Origin: a virus
Lineage: Duplodnaviria > Caudoviricetes
Direction: 5' to 3' (one strand)
Length of the DNA stretch: 62,468 nt
IMG/VR virus record: IMGVR_UViG_3300044691_000349
Coordinates: 1 to 62,468 of that record
Shown here piece by piece: positions 46,616 through 56,475 of the stretch (the stretch's first letter is position 1; every line of letters begins with the position of its first letter). The position numbers and the translations under genes were made by a program. Below the pieces are notes generated by a model that did not search any database, had not been told where the DNA came from, and saw only the letters and a list, made by a program, of their open reading frames with translations.

Positions 46616-49600
46616 GCAACCACCGCCATATCTTCCGACTCTTCCAAGATGTCGAACAGCGTAGGCATAGCCATCTTGTCTTCCATTGCCTTCGCGTATC
46701 CGCATCCGTCGAGGAAGTAGCGATGGTTCAACTCTGTCGCGATCGCCTTCCTGCCGAGCTTCAATGCGCGGTATGCTGTCGTCATCAACCCGCCAAATGG
46801 ATCGAAGACTGTCTCGCCAGGCATCGTGAATTGCTCGATCGCGCGATCAGCAATATCGAACTGCATGGGGCATATGTGGAGTTCTTTGCCCTTGGCATGC
46901 TGGGCGCCGTTCAGCGTCAACATCCGCGTAACATCGCTCCACACGTCAGGGTGCCAACTGGGAGGCTGCAGGAGCATGAAGGTCACCGGAAGAATCCGCT
47001 TCGCCTCCAGCGCCTCTCCGATCTTGACGTGGTGCTCATAGTCGTAGATGTGGGTCAGGTTGTAGTCGCGAAATAGCTTGAAGATGGCCTGATGATCCAG
47101 GTTATCCAACTCGTCCGGAGTTAGGAGGCGGTTGCCTGAGCTGCGGGCGAAGCCGTGAGCATCCGTCTGCCAGCGGGCTCGCGAGTATTTTGCCTTGCTC
47201 TTCACCACCGGGTTGTCCGCATAGCTATTTGAGTTCTCGGTGGGAGGTTTGCGGAACAGGAGGAGATACTCGGGCATCCCGACACCCATCTTGGTTCCGT
47301 CCTTGCATTGCTCGGTCCAGCCCAGCCGGTAGGTCTGATTGTTCTCCCGCACCACATCCGTCACGATGGTCTTCATTCCCATATACGCGAAGCCGTGGCG
47401 GATGAAGTGCTCCGTCACTTTCATATGGAACGGATAAGTAGTCTGGAAGCCGAGGCCTGTCATCCCTCCCGGGACAATCCGGTCCTTGACGTGGATAGCA
47501 GCGATGCGCCCTGGCTGGAGTACTCGCAGCAGCTCGGGCGTCAGGAAGTCCATCTGCTCAAAGAAGTGCTCGTTATCGTCGGTATGGCCGAAATCGTTAT
47601 AACTCGGGGTGTACTCGTATTGGGTGCTGAAGGGTATGGACGTTAGAACCATGTCGATACTGCCAGCCGGCAGGTTCAGCGCCTCCTCTACGGCGTCGTT
47701 GTTGATGCAGCGGTAGTTCTCGCCTGACACTTCAATCCGTTCCACGCCCATGCTGCGGATCAGCTCCTGCATCTTCTCGGCGTGGTCCAGCCCGTACTCC
47801 CGGATAATCTCGCTCATCTTTTGCACCGTCTCCTCGTACTGGGCCCACTTTGTCTGGAGGTTGCGCAGGACCTCGCGCTCACTCTCGGCGTAGATCACGT
47901 CGATGATCACCGGATGCTCCTGTAGAAACCGGTGGCAGCGGTGGATTGCCTGAATGAACTCAGAGAATTTGAAGCCTATTCCTGAAAAGATCACCCGGTG
48001 GCACTGCTGCAGGTTTACTCCGGAGCCGTACATGACAGGCTTGCTCAGGAATACTGTGGTCTCTCGGTTTCGCCATTGCTCAATCCGTTCTTCGCGATCC
48101 TCGATGTCCATGCTGCCGTCGAGTGATGAAAAGGTTATTCCGGAGTTGCCAAATAGCCTTTCAAGTTCACGCTGTTCTGCATTGAGGTCGCACCAGACGA
48201 CGATCTGCTCAGATATGCAATCGCCGCCCGCAATGTTTTCGGGTTGTCCCGAAACATTCCTAGACCGGAGTTGCACCCGCGACACAGCAGTCCTCGAACC
48301 TTCCCTGTCGCATGATCGTGATCCACGCGGAAATTTCCCTTCGCGTCTTTCGTTGCGTTTGGAGATTTGCAGATCGCGCAGCAGTTGTGTTGGCTTATGA
48401 GCATCTTCTGAAAGCACTGGGGTGTCAGACCGTAACCCTGTAGTTTGCGCCTCCTGGTCTGCCCCCGCGCCCGAGCCTTGTTCTCCATATACCACTCGCG
48501 AGATCGTGCTTTCCTCTTGTCGCGGTTGAGTGCGCAGTCTTTCAGAGCCAACTCCCGAGCACGCCCCGGATTGTTCTCGCTCCACTGTGCGTAACGGATA
48601 CGAGTCGCCTCTTTGTTTTTCTGGTAATTGGCTTTGTTCCGGACGCTCTGTGCAGAAATCAACCTCTCCCTGTTTCTCTCGTAATAGTCTTTCTGATACT
48701 GACGTCTCTTCTCGTCCACGAAATATGACCTCCAAAACCTTTGCGTTACGCACGCCGAGCGTGTCGCGCTTCTCCCGCGAGGCCTCGACAACGCCGCTCA
48801 CGCTGCCCCGGAATATCGTCCCCTGACCATTGGTCTCCACTGGTGAGTTTGTATGGTCCACCGCTACTTCGTGGTACCGGACCTCCATCGGAGGCAGGTC
48901 GTAACCTTCGTCCGAGAATCCAAGGTCCGAGGGCTTCTGTAGGAAGATCGCCCACGATGAGACCCACAGCCAGAACTCTCTCTCCTTGTGCGGATGGATC
49001 GTGAGCGTGTCGGCCTTGGTCGCATCACGCTTGAAGAATCGAGTCTTCGCCTGGCCGACATCCATGATCCCGAGGAAGGCTGCATAGGCCAGCAGTTCGA
49101 TATGGTCATTCGGGTCAGGAATCGCAGTCGCGACAAACTTGTACTGCACCCGCTCGTACAACCGCATGAACTCGCGGAAGGTCTTCGATCCACCGAAGCC
49201 GCGCAGCACGCTTGCCTCGTCCAGGCTGCAGACTACGAACTCACCCGGATCGAGCTTGCCATCGCGCACGGTCTCGAAGTTCGTCAGGTAGATGCCGGTC
49301 TCGGCCGCTTCCTCGATCCGACGGATGAACTTGATCTCAATCCCAAGCTTCGCTGCATCGCGCATAAACTCGACGCGCACACCGAGCGGCGCCGTGATGA
49401 GTCCGCGGCCGCCAGTTCGCTTCAGAATGAGCCGGAGGATCTCCAACTGCATCATCGACTTTCCAAGGCCGAACTTCGCAAATAGAGCCCGGCACCCGCC
49501 AGCGACGCCCCACTGCGCTAACACCTTCTGGTGGGGCTTCAGGATTGGGTTGATTTCATCGAGATCGATCGCGAATCCCCGATCAGGAGTAACCACCGCC

Positions 49601-49641
49601 TTGCGCTTGAGGAACCCCCGGTACCGCTCGAGTTTCGTCAT
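46612..49641 (-). CDS. SNF2-like helicase fused to N4/N6 DNA methyltransferase
   Basis: FGLGKS, LDEAS, ATAIP, SGVNLQ, QAIHRCHR; TSIPF, HICP, FDPFGG. Confidence 0.9.
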   Translation of the reverse strand: MTKLERYRGFLKRKAVVTPDRGFAIDLDEINPILKPHQKVLAQWGVAGGCRALFAKFGLGKSMMQLEILRLILKRTGGRGLITAPLGVRVEFMRDAAKLGIEIKFIRRIEEAAETGIYLTNFETVRDGKLDPGEFVVCSLDEASVLRGFGGSKTFREFMRLYERVQYKFVATAIPDPNDHIELLAYAAFLGIMDVGQAKTRFFKRDATKADTLTIHPHKEREFWLWVSSWAIFLQKPSDLGFSDEGYDLPPMEVRYHEVAVDHTNSPVETNGQGTIFRGSVSGVVEASREKRDTLGVRNAKVLEVIFRGREETSVSERLLREKQGEVDFCTERPEQSQLPEKQRGDSYPLRTVEREQSGACSGVGSERLRTQPRQEESTISRVVYGEQGSGAGADQEAQTTGLRSDTPVLSEDAHKPTQLLRDLQISKRNERREGKFPRGSRSCDREGSRTAVSRVQLRSRNVSGQPENIAGGDCISEQIVVWCDLNAEQRELERLFGNSGITFSSLDGSMDIEDREERIEQWRNRETTVFLSKPVMYGSGVNLQQCHRVIFSGIGFKFSEFIQAIHRCHRFLQEHPVIIDVIYAESEREVLRNLQTKWAQYEETVQKMSEIIREYGLDHAEKMQELIRSMGVERIEVSGENYRCINNDAVEEALNLPAGSIDMVLTSIPFSTQYEYTPSYNDFGHTDDNEHFFEQMDFLTPELLRVLQPGRIAAIHVKDRIVPGGMTGLGFQTTYPFHMKVTEHFIRHGFAYMGMKTIVTDVVRENNQTYRLGWTEQCKDGTKMGVGMPEYLLLFRKPPTENSNSYADNPVVKSKAKYSRARWQTDAHGFARSSGNRLLTPDELDNLDHQAIFKLFRDYNLTHIYDYEHHVKIGEALEAKRILPVTFMLLQPPSWHPDVWSDVTRMLTLNGAQHAKGKELHICPMQFDIADRAIEQFTMPGETVFDPFGGLMTTAYRALKLGRKAIATELNHRYFLDGCGYAKAMEDKMAMPTLFDILEESEDMAVVA
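48135..48719 (-). CDS. Endonuclease VII-type HNH homing endonuclease nested out of frame
   Basis: RBS GGAGGT 8 nt before GTG; CAIC..VDHDHATGKVRGLLCRGCNSGLG.FRDN..L..AIAYL. Confidence 0.88.
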   Translation of the reverse strand: MDEKRRQYQKDYYERNRERLISAQSVRNKANYQKNKEATRIRYAQWSENNPGRARELALKDCALNRDKRKARSREWYMENKARARGQTRRRKLQGYGLTPQCFQKMLISQHNCCAICKSPNATKDAKGNFRVDHDHATGKVRGLLCRGCNSGLGMFRDNPKTLRAAIAYLSRSSSGATSMQNSVNLKGYLATPE

Positions 49642-49814
49642 TGCACAACCTCGACAATCCCCATGACGACGGCCTTGAGCGTGATGTTGTCGGGGTGGAT
49701 CTCCCCGAGCCCGCGCTTGCGGTTCCAGCGGAAATTCTGACCGTCCCATGCGACTCGATGCGCATACCAGTCGCCCAGAGCGAAGTAGATGACGAGACCA
49801 GGCCTGGAGATCAT
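49638..49814 (-). CDS. Small hypothetical protein (58 aa, MISRPGLV...; not in ORF track)
   Basis: ATGA overlaps at both ends. Confidence 0.55.
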   Translation of the reverse strand: MISRPGLVIYFALGDWYAHRVAWDGQNFRWNRKRGLGEIHPDNITLKAVVMGIVEVVQ

Positions 49815-50998
49815 TCAGTCACCGCCGGGAACTCGTGATGCTCTACGCCGTCGAGAAGGTGGCCTGCGGCCTTGGTGCCGACGCGATACAGGTCCGGCTC
49901 GTCGTAGCGATGCCCCTCATCATTCGATAGCGTTTCAAGGCCAATCAACCACTCATCGTTGAACCAAATGGCCGTCTGGACCGAACCTGTGATCCTCTCC
50001 ACGTTCTCCCCAGTGGTCCACTCTCCCCACTGTTTGAAAAAATACGGAACGCTGGCGGCCTTACACTGGTCCCGCAGCGACCGTGCCCAGTCCGGATGCA
50101 TCGGTCGCGCACCATGCCCGCTCTCCCCGCCACAGATGACCCAATGAAGCAGACGCTTCATCCAGTACACGTAATCGTCCGGTTCATCCTTCGGACCAAT
50201 CGCACCGGTCTCGCCCCGCCACTGGAAGTAGGGAACGTCAGGCCGGGGCACTTTGAATAGATCAACCGGCCCGAGCAAAGGCTCCGCGCTGATGAACCGC
50301 ACCGCCGCCGGCGTCTGCAGCAGCAGCGGGATGCGCTCATCCGCTGTCTTCTGGTTCTCCACCGACACGCCCAGGTGAAGGTTCGGCAGAGGCCACTTCG
50401 ATAAGTCAGCAGCGTACCATTCGCCACTCCGGCACGGCACGCCGCCGTTCACTCGATCGTCGACGAATCGAAACTTTCCGCGTCCGCCAAAAACCTCCCA
50501 AAGATCGCCACCGCCGGGCGTCATCGAGAAGTATCCGGGTGCCAACGGTTGCCCATTCAAGACGCATGCCTTCGCCACGCGCGCTTCAACATCCGCCGCG
50601 CTCAGATACGCAAGCATCCGCTCCGGCCGTTTCGTCAGCACCTGAAACGTATGCTGCGGGCACAGCGCCACCACCGCGAAGATCTTGTCGCGCATCTCAT
50701 CCGTGACATTTTCGTGGAAAAGGTCGCTCATCGAGTTGACGAAGATTCGGAGCGATCCCTTCCACTTGAGCGGATCGAGCAGATGCGCCTCGACGAACTT
50801 GATTTGGCCGTTCCACTTGCCGGTCGACTTGCCGTTCGCGTCGAGCTGCACCAACCCCTCGTACGCCAGGCCGGGACCGCTGAACCGGTGCGCCACGCTC
50901 TCCGCGTAGCAGTGACGGCACCCTTCGCTCACCCGCGAGCAGCCGCGAATCGGATTCCACGTCGCATTTGTCCAACTAATGCCCGTCTCGCGTCCCAC
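49811..50998 (-). CDS. DUF5131 / Gp37-Gp68 family protein
   Basis: ISWT.ATWNP..GC..VS.GC.HCYA, FVNSMSDLFH, LTKRP, SAEPLL, GGESG, FFKQWG. Confidence 0.9.
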   Translation of the reverse strand: MGRETGISWTNATWNPIRGCSRVSEGCRHCYAESVAHRFSGPGLAYEGLVQLDANGKSTGKWNGQIKFVEAHLLDPLKWKGSLRIFVNSMSDLFHENVTDEMRDKIFAVVALCPQHTFQVLTKRPERMLAYLSAADVEARVAKACVLNGQPLAPGYFSMTPGGGDLWEVFGGRGKFRFVDDRVNGGVPCRSGEWYAADLSKWPLPNLHLGVSVENQKTADERIPLLLQTPAAVRFISAEPLLGPVDLFKVPRPDVPYFQWRGETGAIGPKDEPDDYVYWMKRLLHWVICGGESGHGARPMHPDWARSLRDQCKAASVPYFFKQWGEWTTGENVERITGSVQTAIWFNDEWLIGLETLSNDEGHRYDEPDLYRVGTKAAGHLLDGVEHHEFPAVTE

Positions 50999-51423
50999 TA
51001 TGCAGCCTCCTGTTTCGCCCGGACCAACGACTCGCAAATGGCGATCATCCGCAGCGCCTGCTCTTCATCAAAGAAGCCAGGCTGGCAATCCCCTACGCTG
51101 ATGCCCATCTGGGAGGCCAGCCATCGCGTCGCCACTTCCCGAGCCTTCTGCTGCGTCCAGCCCTGATATTCCATACCCGCGTGAACCATCTCGCCGAAGA
51201 TAGAGTTCGCCCTCCCCCTCAGCCTGCGCAGAGGAGCCTTCGCCAGCCGGCCCATCGGCTTGTTCTTCGGCGAGCCGCGATACACCGGCACCCACGCGGC
51301 GCACGGGGCACATCGCCACACCTTTCCCCCGCGGGAGTTGCCGTAGACCTCGCGGTCATCGGCTAGCTTGGCTTCAGCGTTGCAGTAGGGGCATACGGGG
51401 AGGGGAAGATCGGTCTTGCTCAT
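50998..51423 (-). CDS. Zinc-finger protein (DUF3268-like)
   Basis: CPYC..W.C.PC.AWV..PMGRLA..LR..R..WLA. Confidence 0.8.
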   Translation of the reverse strand: MSKTDLPLPVCPYCNAEAKLADDREVYGNSRGGKVWRCAPCAAWVPVYRGSPKNKPMGRLAKAPLRRLRGRANSIFGEMVHAGMEYQGWTQQKAREVATRWLASQMGISVGDCQPGFFDEEQALRMIAICESLVRAKQEAA

Positions 51424-51470
51424 GGCGGAACACCTCAACAGCCGGTAATGGCAGGAAGGAAAAGGTGGGG

Positions 51471-51701
51471 TTAGCTTGCTTGCTGCTGCTCGACAAGATC
51501 GTCATACCGTTCGGGATAGAGAAAATGCCGCTCATCCCACGGGAAACCGAAGAACCGCGCCAATTTCTCGGCCTGTTCCCGCGTAAAACCACCCTTCCCG
51601 AGTTCCGCGCGGGAAATGGTGGCCTGCTGTATGCCGATCTCTTTTCCCAGCGTTTTCTGCGATATTCCCCGCGCTTCTCGCGCGACACGTAACGGGACCA
51701 T
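51471..51701 (-). CDS. Cro-like HTH repressor
   Basis: LR.AR..GISQ..LG..IGI.QATISRAELG; divergent from cI. Confidence 0.85.
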   Translation of the reverse strand: MVPLRVAREARGISQKTLGKEIGIQQATISRAELGKGGFTREQAEKLARFFGFPWDERHFLYPERYDDLVEQQQAS

Positions 51702-51724
51702 TCGTCATCCTCCAGGGTGGTGTG

Positions 51725-51806
51725 AAGAGAAATTATCATCACACGGGCAACCCGTCAACGTCAACATGTCGTCACTAGGCGTATGATGAAAATACATACT
51801 TGAGGC
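51725..51806. promoter_or_regulatory. cro/cI divergent promoter-operator region
   Basis: Minus strand TTGACG..TGATAATTT; TGATGA/TGACAT-rich boxes. Confidence 0.6.
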
Positions 51807-52445
51807 ATGGATGACATGGCGTCTCGATTGAAGAAGCTTCGCAGTGACAAAAAAATAAGCCAGCGCGAACTGAGCCGGATCACGAATATTGAACAAGCCA
51901 CTATCTCCCGAATCGAGCGAGGAGAGATGTCGCTGCTCTCCCCGCATGTCCCCACCCTATCCCGGGCACTTGGTGTTCCTCCTGCAAAATTGTTGGGTTA
52001 TACAGTAGTCACTACACCTGCGCAGGTGGGTTCTCGACGCATCCCCGTCTTGTCTTTTGACCAGGCTGGGAGGCTTGCGAATCTCGCTGCGTTACCCGAG
52101 GACGTGGAAATGAAGGATTCTGTACTTGTTGATTTACCGCATTCTGCCAATGCATTTGCACTCAGAATTCAAGGAGATTCGATGGAGCACGTCTTCGCCG
52201 AGGGCGACGTCGTTGTCATTGATCCTGATGTGGATGTCCAACCAGGGGATTTTGTATTTGCCGTAGTCGAAAGCGAAGGACCCACCTTCAGGCGGTATCG
52301 CGATGTCGGAATGAATGATGACGGCAATCGCGTTTTCGAGCTTGACCCTCTCAACAAGCTCTTCGCTGCCTTTCGTTCGGACCGCCAGACCATCACGATA
52401 AAAGGTGTCATGGTCGAACATCGCAAGTATCGCCGCAAGAAATAG
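51807..52445 (+). CDS. CI-like repressor (HTH + S24 domain)
   Basis: Xre HTH; IPVL..AG; AFALRIQGDSM; GDVVVIDP. Confidence 0.92.
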   Translation: MDDMASRLKKLRSDKKISQRELSRITNIEQATISRIERGEMSLLSPHVPTLSRALGVPPAKLLGYTVVTTPAQVGSRRIPVLSFDQAGRLANLAALPEDVEMKDSVLVDLPHSANAFALRIQGDSMEHVFAEGDVVVIDPDVDVQPGDFVFAVVESEGPTFRRYRDVGMNDDGNRVFELDPLNKLFAAFRSDRQTITIKGVMVEHRKYRRKK

Positions 52446-52504
52446 CCCGTCCCCCCTTCACAATGTAAGAAATGGATTTGATGTAAAAAAAACATCGGAA
52501 CCTA

Positions 52505-52533
52505 TTGACACGTTATGACTGATGACATATTGT
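52505..52533 (+). promoter_or_regulatory. Early rightward sigma70 promoter
   Basis: TTGACA-17 bp-TATTGT. Confidence 0.7.
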
Positions 52534-52543
52534 CTTCATACCG

Positions 52544-52990
52544 GTGACGGCTAAAAGTCATCGTTTTGAGGCCAGCATGTTATCAGTCGCCCTTTCATCC
52601 CAAGTTTCACATCCCCAGAAGCACGCGTTTCAGCGCGACCAACTCTCGGGAAAGCCTGAAGAGTGTAGCCACTGCTCGCTTCCCGCCGCGCATGACGTCC
52701 ACAACTGGCTCGAACAGTTGTACGTCCGGCGCCCTCATTCCCCCATTTCCACCTGCCCTTGCCTTCTCTGCCACACCGCCAACGCGCACTCGAAGGATTC
52801 CGATTGCACTGTGAGCGGGGAGACTGAGTCCTGCGAAGTGTGCGGTGTCTACCACGGCGACGAGTGCCCTGACTGCGGTGGCCGTGGCTTCCACAAGGCC
52901 GCCTGCTCCACCCTCGATCACCTAACTGATGTAGAGTACGCCGTCGCCGTCCCGGTGGAAATGGCTACGGCGGATCGGAGGGTGCGATGA
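52544..52990 (+). CDS. Cys/His-rich hypothetical protein
   Basis: Several CxxC/H motifs; start uncertain. Confidence 0.55.
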   Translation: MTAKSHRFEASMLSVALSSQVSHPQKHAFQRDQLSGKPEECSHCSLPAAHDVHNWLEQLYVRRPHSPISTCPCLLCHTANAHSKDSDCTVSGETESCEVCGVYHGDECPDCGGRGFHKAACSTLDHLTDVEYAVAVPVEMATADRRVR

Positions 52991-53313
52991 CTAAAGTATG
53001 GGACGTAGAGACGGTCCTGCTAGCGCTCGCAGCATCGGTCGCATTGCAAAGCCACTACGCCGGTCTCCTGAATATGTACGACGGCGGCACACGGCGGCAA
53101 TATTCGAGTCCCGGGGCGTATATCCAGCACCTCATTGACGTCGGCCTTATCCCCAATAGGGTGGCACAGGTCGCACCGGAGAGCGATCGGCCGGTCGAGT
53201 TCGAGGTCCCCGAGCATCCCTGGGCATCTGAGGAAGGTCCGCTACATCCCCGCCTCGCCGAGCCATCGACTCCTGAGCAGCTCGCTGGAAGTGAGGAGGC
53301 CAACCATGACTAA
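52987..53313 (+). CDS. Hypothetical protein
   Basis: RBS GGAGGG; LQSHYA.LLNMYDGG.R motif. Confidence 0.6.
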   Translation: MTKVWDVETVLLALAASVALQSHYAGLLNMYDGGTRRQYSSPGAYIQHLIDVGLIPNRVAQVAPESDRPVEFEVPEHPWASEEGPLHPRLAEPSTPEQLAGSEEANHD

Positions 53314-53925
53314 GCTTCTGCCTTCCACGCGCCTCGTCATCGCCATACTCGCAGCGCTCTTCATCGGGCGCATCGTCTTCCTGTCCGCTGCTGCCATCGG
53401 ATCAACGCTGGGAGCATTGCTTACAGGGACGCGGTAGCTGTCATGGCGCGCATGGTGCTTTACCAATGCGTGAAATGCGGGGAGCAGGTCGCCAGCAACT
53501 CGGGCCGTCCCCGCGAGTGTATCAACCCGAAGTGCAAGGGTCCGGCAGCTGGACTGCAGGCGAGGAACTAGTGGACTACTTTCTGCGCTATCTCAACCTT
53601 TTCGTCCACCACAACCCTTGGGGCTTTGCGTTCCTTTGCTTTCTGCTCCTGATGGCAGTGCTGGCCTGCATCCTCGATCTGACTGGAGTAACCCGCTAAT
53701 GACGACTGAGCAACTTGAAACTCTTCTGCTGGCAACCTTCGCCGTGATGTCGCTCCTCGCGCTGGCCGGCATCATCCTCGCTGGCTATGACTGCATTCAA
53801 CATATCCGCACCATCTGGACTAGCAAGGTTGACAGCAAGCAGGCAGACGAGCTGTGAAGTTCTTCGGCATCCGGTTTCTCTGGCGCATTGCTCTCTACCT
53901 GATTCGCGGCGAAGTACGCAGCTAG
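53306..53925 (+). CDS. Run of four small hydrophobic ORFs (53306-53437, 53466-53699, 53699-53857, 53854-53925)
   Basis: Each has one hydrophobic stretch; most are translationally coupled. Confidence 0.5.
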
Positions 53926-53967
53926 CACCAATTCACCTTCAACAGCACAGCAAAAGGAGCATCATTC

Positions 53968-55089
53968 ATGGCATCACAACCGGTAGGACAGGTTATCTCC
54001 CCCGACGAAGATGAAGAGATTCTCGCTGGCGAAAGCTCTCTCAGTATTCACGAGGAGGCCGATCGTAGCCACCAGGTCGCCACCGCCAAGAGGTTCCCTC
54101 GCTCGATCACCACCTTCCGCAACGAGCTCAAGGCGATTGCCATTGCCAGCCAGCCCGTCGCCATGGAGATGATGTACTCGCTCCCGCGTGCGGGCAAGCA
54201 ACTCGTGGGTCCGTCCATCCGCTTCGCCGAGGCGCTCGTGTCCTGCTGGGGCAATGCCCGCGTCGGAGTAGAGGTGGTGGACGTCAACACTCAGGAGGCC
54301 GTCGTCGTCGCCGAGGGGCGCTTCTACGACTGCGAGAAGAATGTGGGCTTCGCTATCCGCACCCGGCGCCGCAACGTGACCAGCAAGAAGGATGCCGACA
54401 GCTACCAGGTCACCGGCAGCGCAGCATCCTCGATCGCGCTCCGCAATGCCATCCTCCGCGGCGTCCCGAAGGCGCTGTGGAACGACATCTTCGAGATGGC
54501 CAAGCAGACCGCGGCGGGCGATGCGGCAAGCATGGAGGTTATCCGGACGGAGATGATCAAGCTGTTTACCGCAATCGGCATCACTGAGGCGCGTCTGTTC
54601 ACCGCGCTCGGCATCCCTGGCATTGCCGACATTGGGCCGGATGAGATTGTGGCGATGAAGGCCTGGCGGAAGCAGCTGCAGGCGAAGGAAATGACCATCG
54701 AGGATATCTTCGGAGATCCTGCTGACGAGGAGATCGAGTGGCTGATGCGGGCGCTCGGTTGGAACGAGACGCAGAAGCGGATGTCGAAGACTAACTTCGC
54801 CAAGGACAAGACCGGCCAGCTCACCTATCTGCGCACCGAGGCGGCCAAGGCCAACATCGTCTACAGCTCGGCGAAGGGAGCGGGAACGCCACCGGCAGCG
54901 AAGGAGGGCGACACGTCTACCCAAGCCGACGCCAGGCCATCCGAGCGCACTACGCAAGCCTCGCAGCCCAGCGGGCAGCAACAGAGCGAGAGCAAGCCAA
55001 CGACGAGCGAGACGAAGACTGGGACAACGGCGGCGGCTTCGACGTCTGCTGCGGCCGCAACTGGTAAGAAGGCCAAGGTCGACTGGTAA
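53968..55089 (+). CDS. Probable single-strand annealing/recombination protein
   Basis: ATAKRFPRS..YSLPR.GK...GPSIRFAE..WGN; RBS AAGGAG; adjacent to exonuclease. Confidence 0.6.
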   Translation: MASQPVGQVISPDEDEEILAGESSLSIHEEADRSHQVATAKRFPRSITTFRNELKAIAIASQPVAMEMMYSLPRAGKQLVGPSIRFAEALVSCWGNARVGVEVVDVNTQEAVVVAEGRFYDCEKNVGFAIRTRRRNVTSKKDADSYQVTGSAASSIALRNAILRGVPKALWNDIFEMAKQTAAGDAASMEVIRTEMIKLFTAIGITEARLFTALGIPGIADIGPDEIVAMKAWRKQLQAKEMTIEDIFGDPADEEIEWLMRALGWNETQKRMSKTNFAKDKTGQLTYLRTEAAKANIVYSSAKGAGTPPAAKEGDTSTQADARPSERTTQASQPSGQQQSESKPTTSETKTGTTAAASTSAAAATGKKAKVDW

Positions 55090-55232
55090 GCACCTCGATG
55101 TTGTGCGTGGACTCACGCATAAGAACCCACTGGCCTTGACTGATTGCCCCTGGGAACGGAGTGGGAAAGCCGGTGGATTTGCATTGAGCCACCGGCTCCA
55201 ACCGTAAAGAAGATTCAGGAGAACTTGCCACT

Positions 55233-56471
55233 ATGAGCGCCGCCGCACAGGTCATCCCGCCCCTTTCCCAAAGCAAGCACGAGGCGTCCGCTTGCGAGGT
55301 GAGCTATGTCGCTATCCACATCGATGGCCGTAGTGCGGGCGACTCCGAAGCGAGCGATCGCGGCTCCGAGGTCCATGACGTCATGGCCAAGTACATCTCC
55401 CATTGCGCGCAGATCCATGTGGCGTCGGACTGGGTTCGTTTCAATCAGCTCGCCAAAGAGGCTAAGGCTGAGGCTGGAGGAATCCTTGACGGGCTCCGCG
55501 ACACCTACTCCGTTCAGTGGAACCTCGTCTATGGGACAGAGATCACCATGATGCTGGACGAGCATCTTGTTCCCACCTTGGATATTAGTGACGAGCACTG
55601 GCCCAAGCACATCCCCAGCCGCAACTTTCTGACTGCGCCGGGCTGGACGGGCGGCTATTGTGCCCACATCGGCACTGCTGACGTGATCCTAATCAGTGAG
55701 GACGGGGAGCGTGGCAAGATAGTCGATTTCAAAACTCACCCGTCGCCCTTTGACGCCGATACCTACCAGGGCCTTCTGTACAGTTTCATGCTCCTCAAGC
55801 ACATGCCCGAACTCAATCAGGTGACCTTTGAGTTAGTCTTCGCGCGATATCAGAACTGCACTCGGAGCATCGCCTATAAGCGCAAGGATATGCCCGAGAT
55901 GCAGCAAACGATAATGCGGGCCAGGGAGAAGCAAAAGGCTATCCACGCCCACCCCGAGAAGGCCGAAGCTATTCCCTGTAAGCAGTGCGCCTATTGCCCA
56001 CTTGGGATTCTCACCCTGGAGTGCCCAATCAAAGAGCAGAACCCGATGGTGAATTTGTCGCTAGAGTCTCGGCTGATCTTCAAGGAGTGGACCCGCCGGA
56101 TGAATGACGACAATACTCGCATACTGAAAACCCATGCCGAAGTTACCGGGCCTATCCGATACACCGACGGAAATGGGCGCGTCTACGAGTTTGGAAAGCT
56201 GGATGTTCCTTCCACGCGGTTTCCGCTCGATCAAGCGGCTATCCAACTTCTCGTCGACCATGCGACAGCCACCGGAGAGAACCTGCTTGATGGGCGGCTC
56301 AACATTAGCAGCACGAAGATCAAGGGTCTGCTGAAGACGAAGAAGCGGGCGATGCTGATGGAGCAGTTCGAGGAGAGCGTCATCGAGACTTCGACTAAGC
56401 CGAAGTGGTCGGTGCGGACGCCGGATGAGGGATTCGTTCCGGAGTACAACCCCTACGAGAGTGAGGACTAG
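55233..56471 (+). CDS. PD-(D/E)XK (RecB/Cas4-like) exonuclease
   Basis: RGSEVH, GTADVI..IVDFKT, Q..LY, C..C.YCP....C. Confidence 0.8.
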   Translation: MSAAAQVIPPLSQSKHEASACEVSYVAIHIDGRSAGDSEASDRGSEVHDVMAKYISHCAQIHVASDWVRFNQLAKEAKAEAGGILDGLRDTYSVQWNLVYGTEITMMLDEHLVPTLDISDEHWPKHIPSRNFLTAPGWTGGYCAHIGTADVILISEDGERGKIVDFKTHPSPFDADTYQGLLYSFMLLKHMPELNQVTFELVFARYQNCTRSIAYKRKDMPEMQQTIMRAREKQKAIHAHPEKAEAIPCKQCAYCPLGILTLECPIKEQNPMVNLSLESRLIFKEWTRRMNDDNTRILKTHAEVTGPIRYTDGNGRVYEFGKLDVPSTRFPLDQAAIQLLVDHATATGENLLDGRLNISSTKIKGLLKTKKRAMLMEQFEESVIETSTKPKWSVRTPDEGFVPEYNPYESED

Positions 56472-56475
56472 GACC

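Noticed and set aside
48210-48725. Intein in the helicase
   Set aside because: No intein terminal residues, and the nuclease is in a different frame from the host protein
55233-56471. Cas4 as part of a CRISPR adaptation module
   Set aside because: Context beside a recombinase-like gene fits an ordinary phage recombination exonuclease
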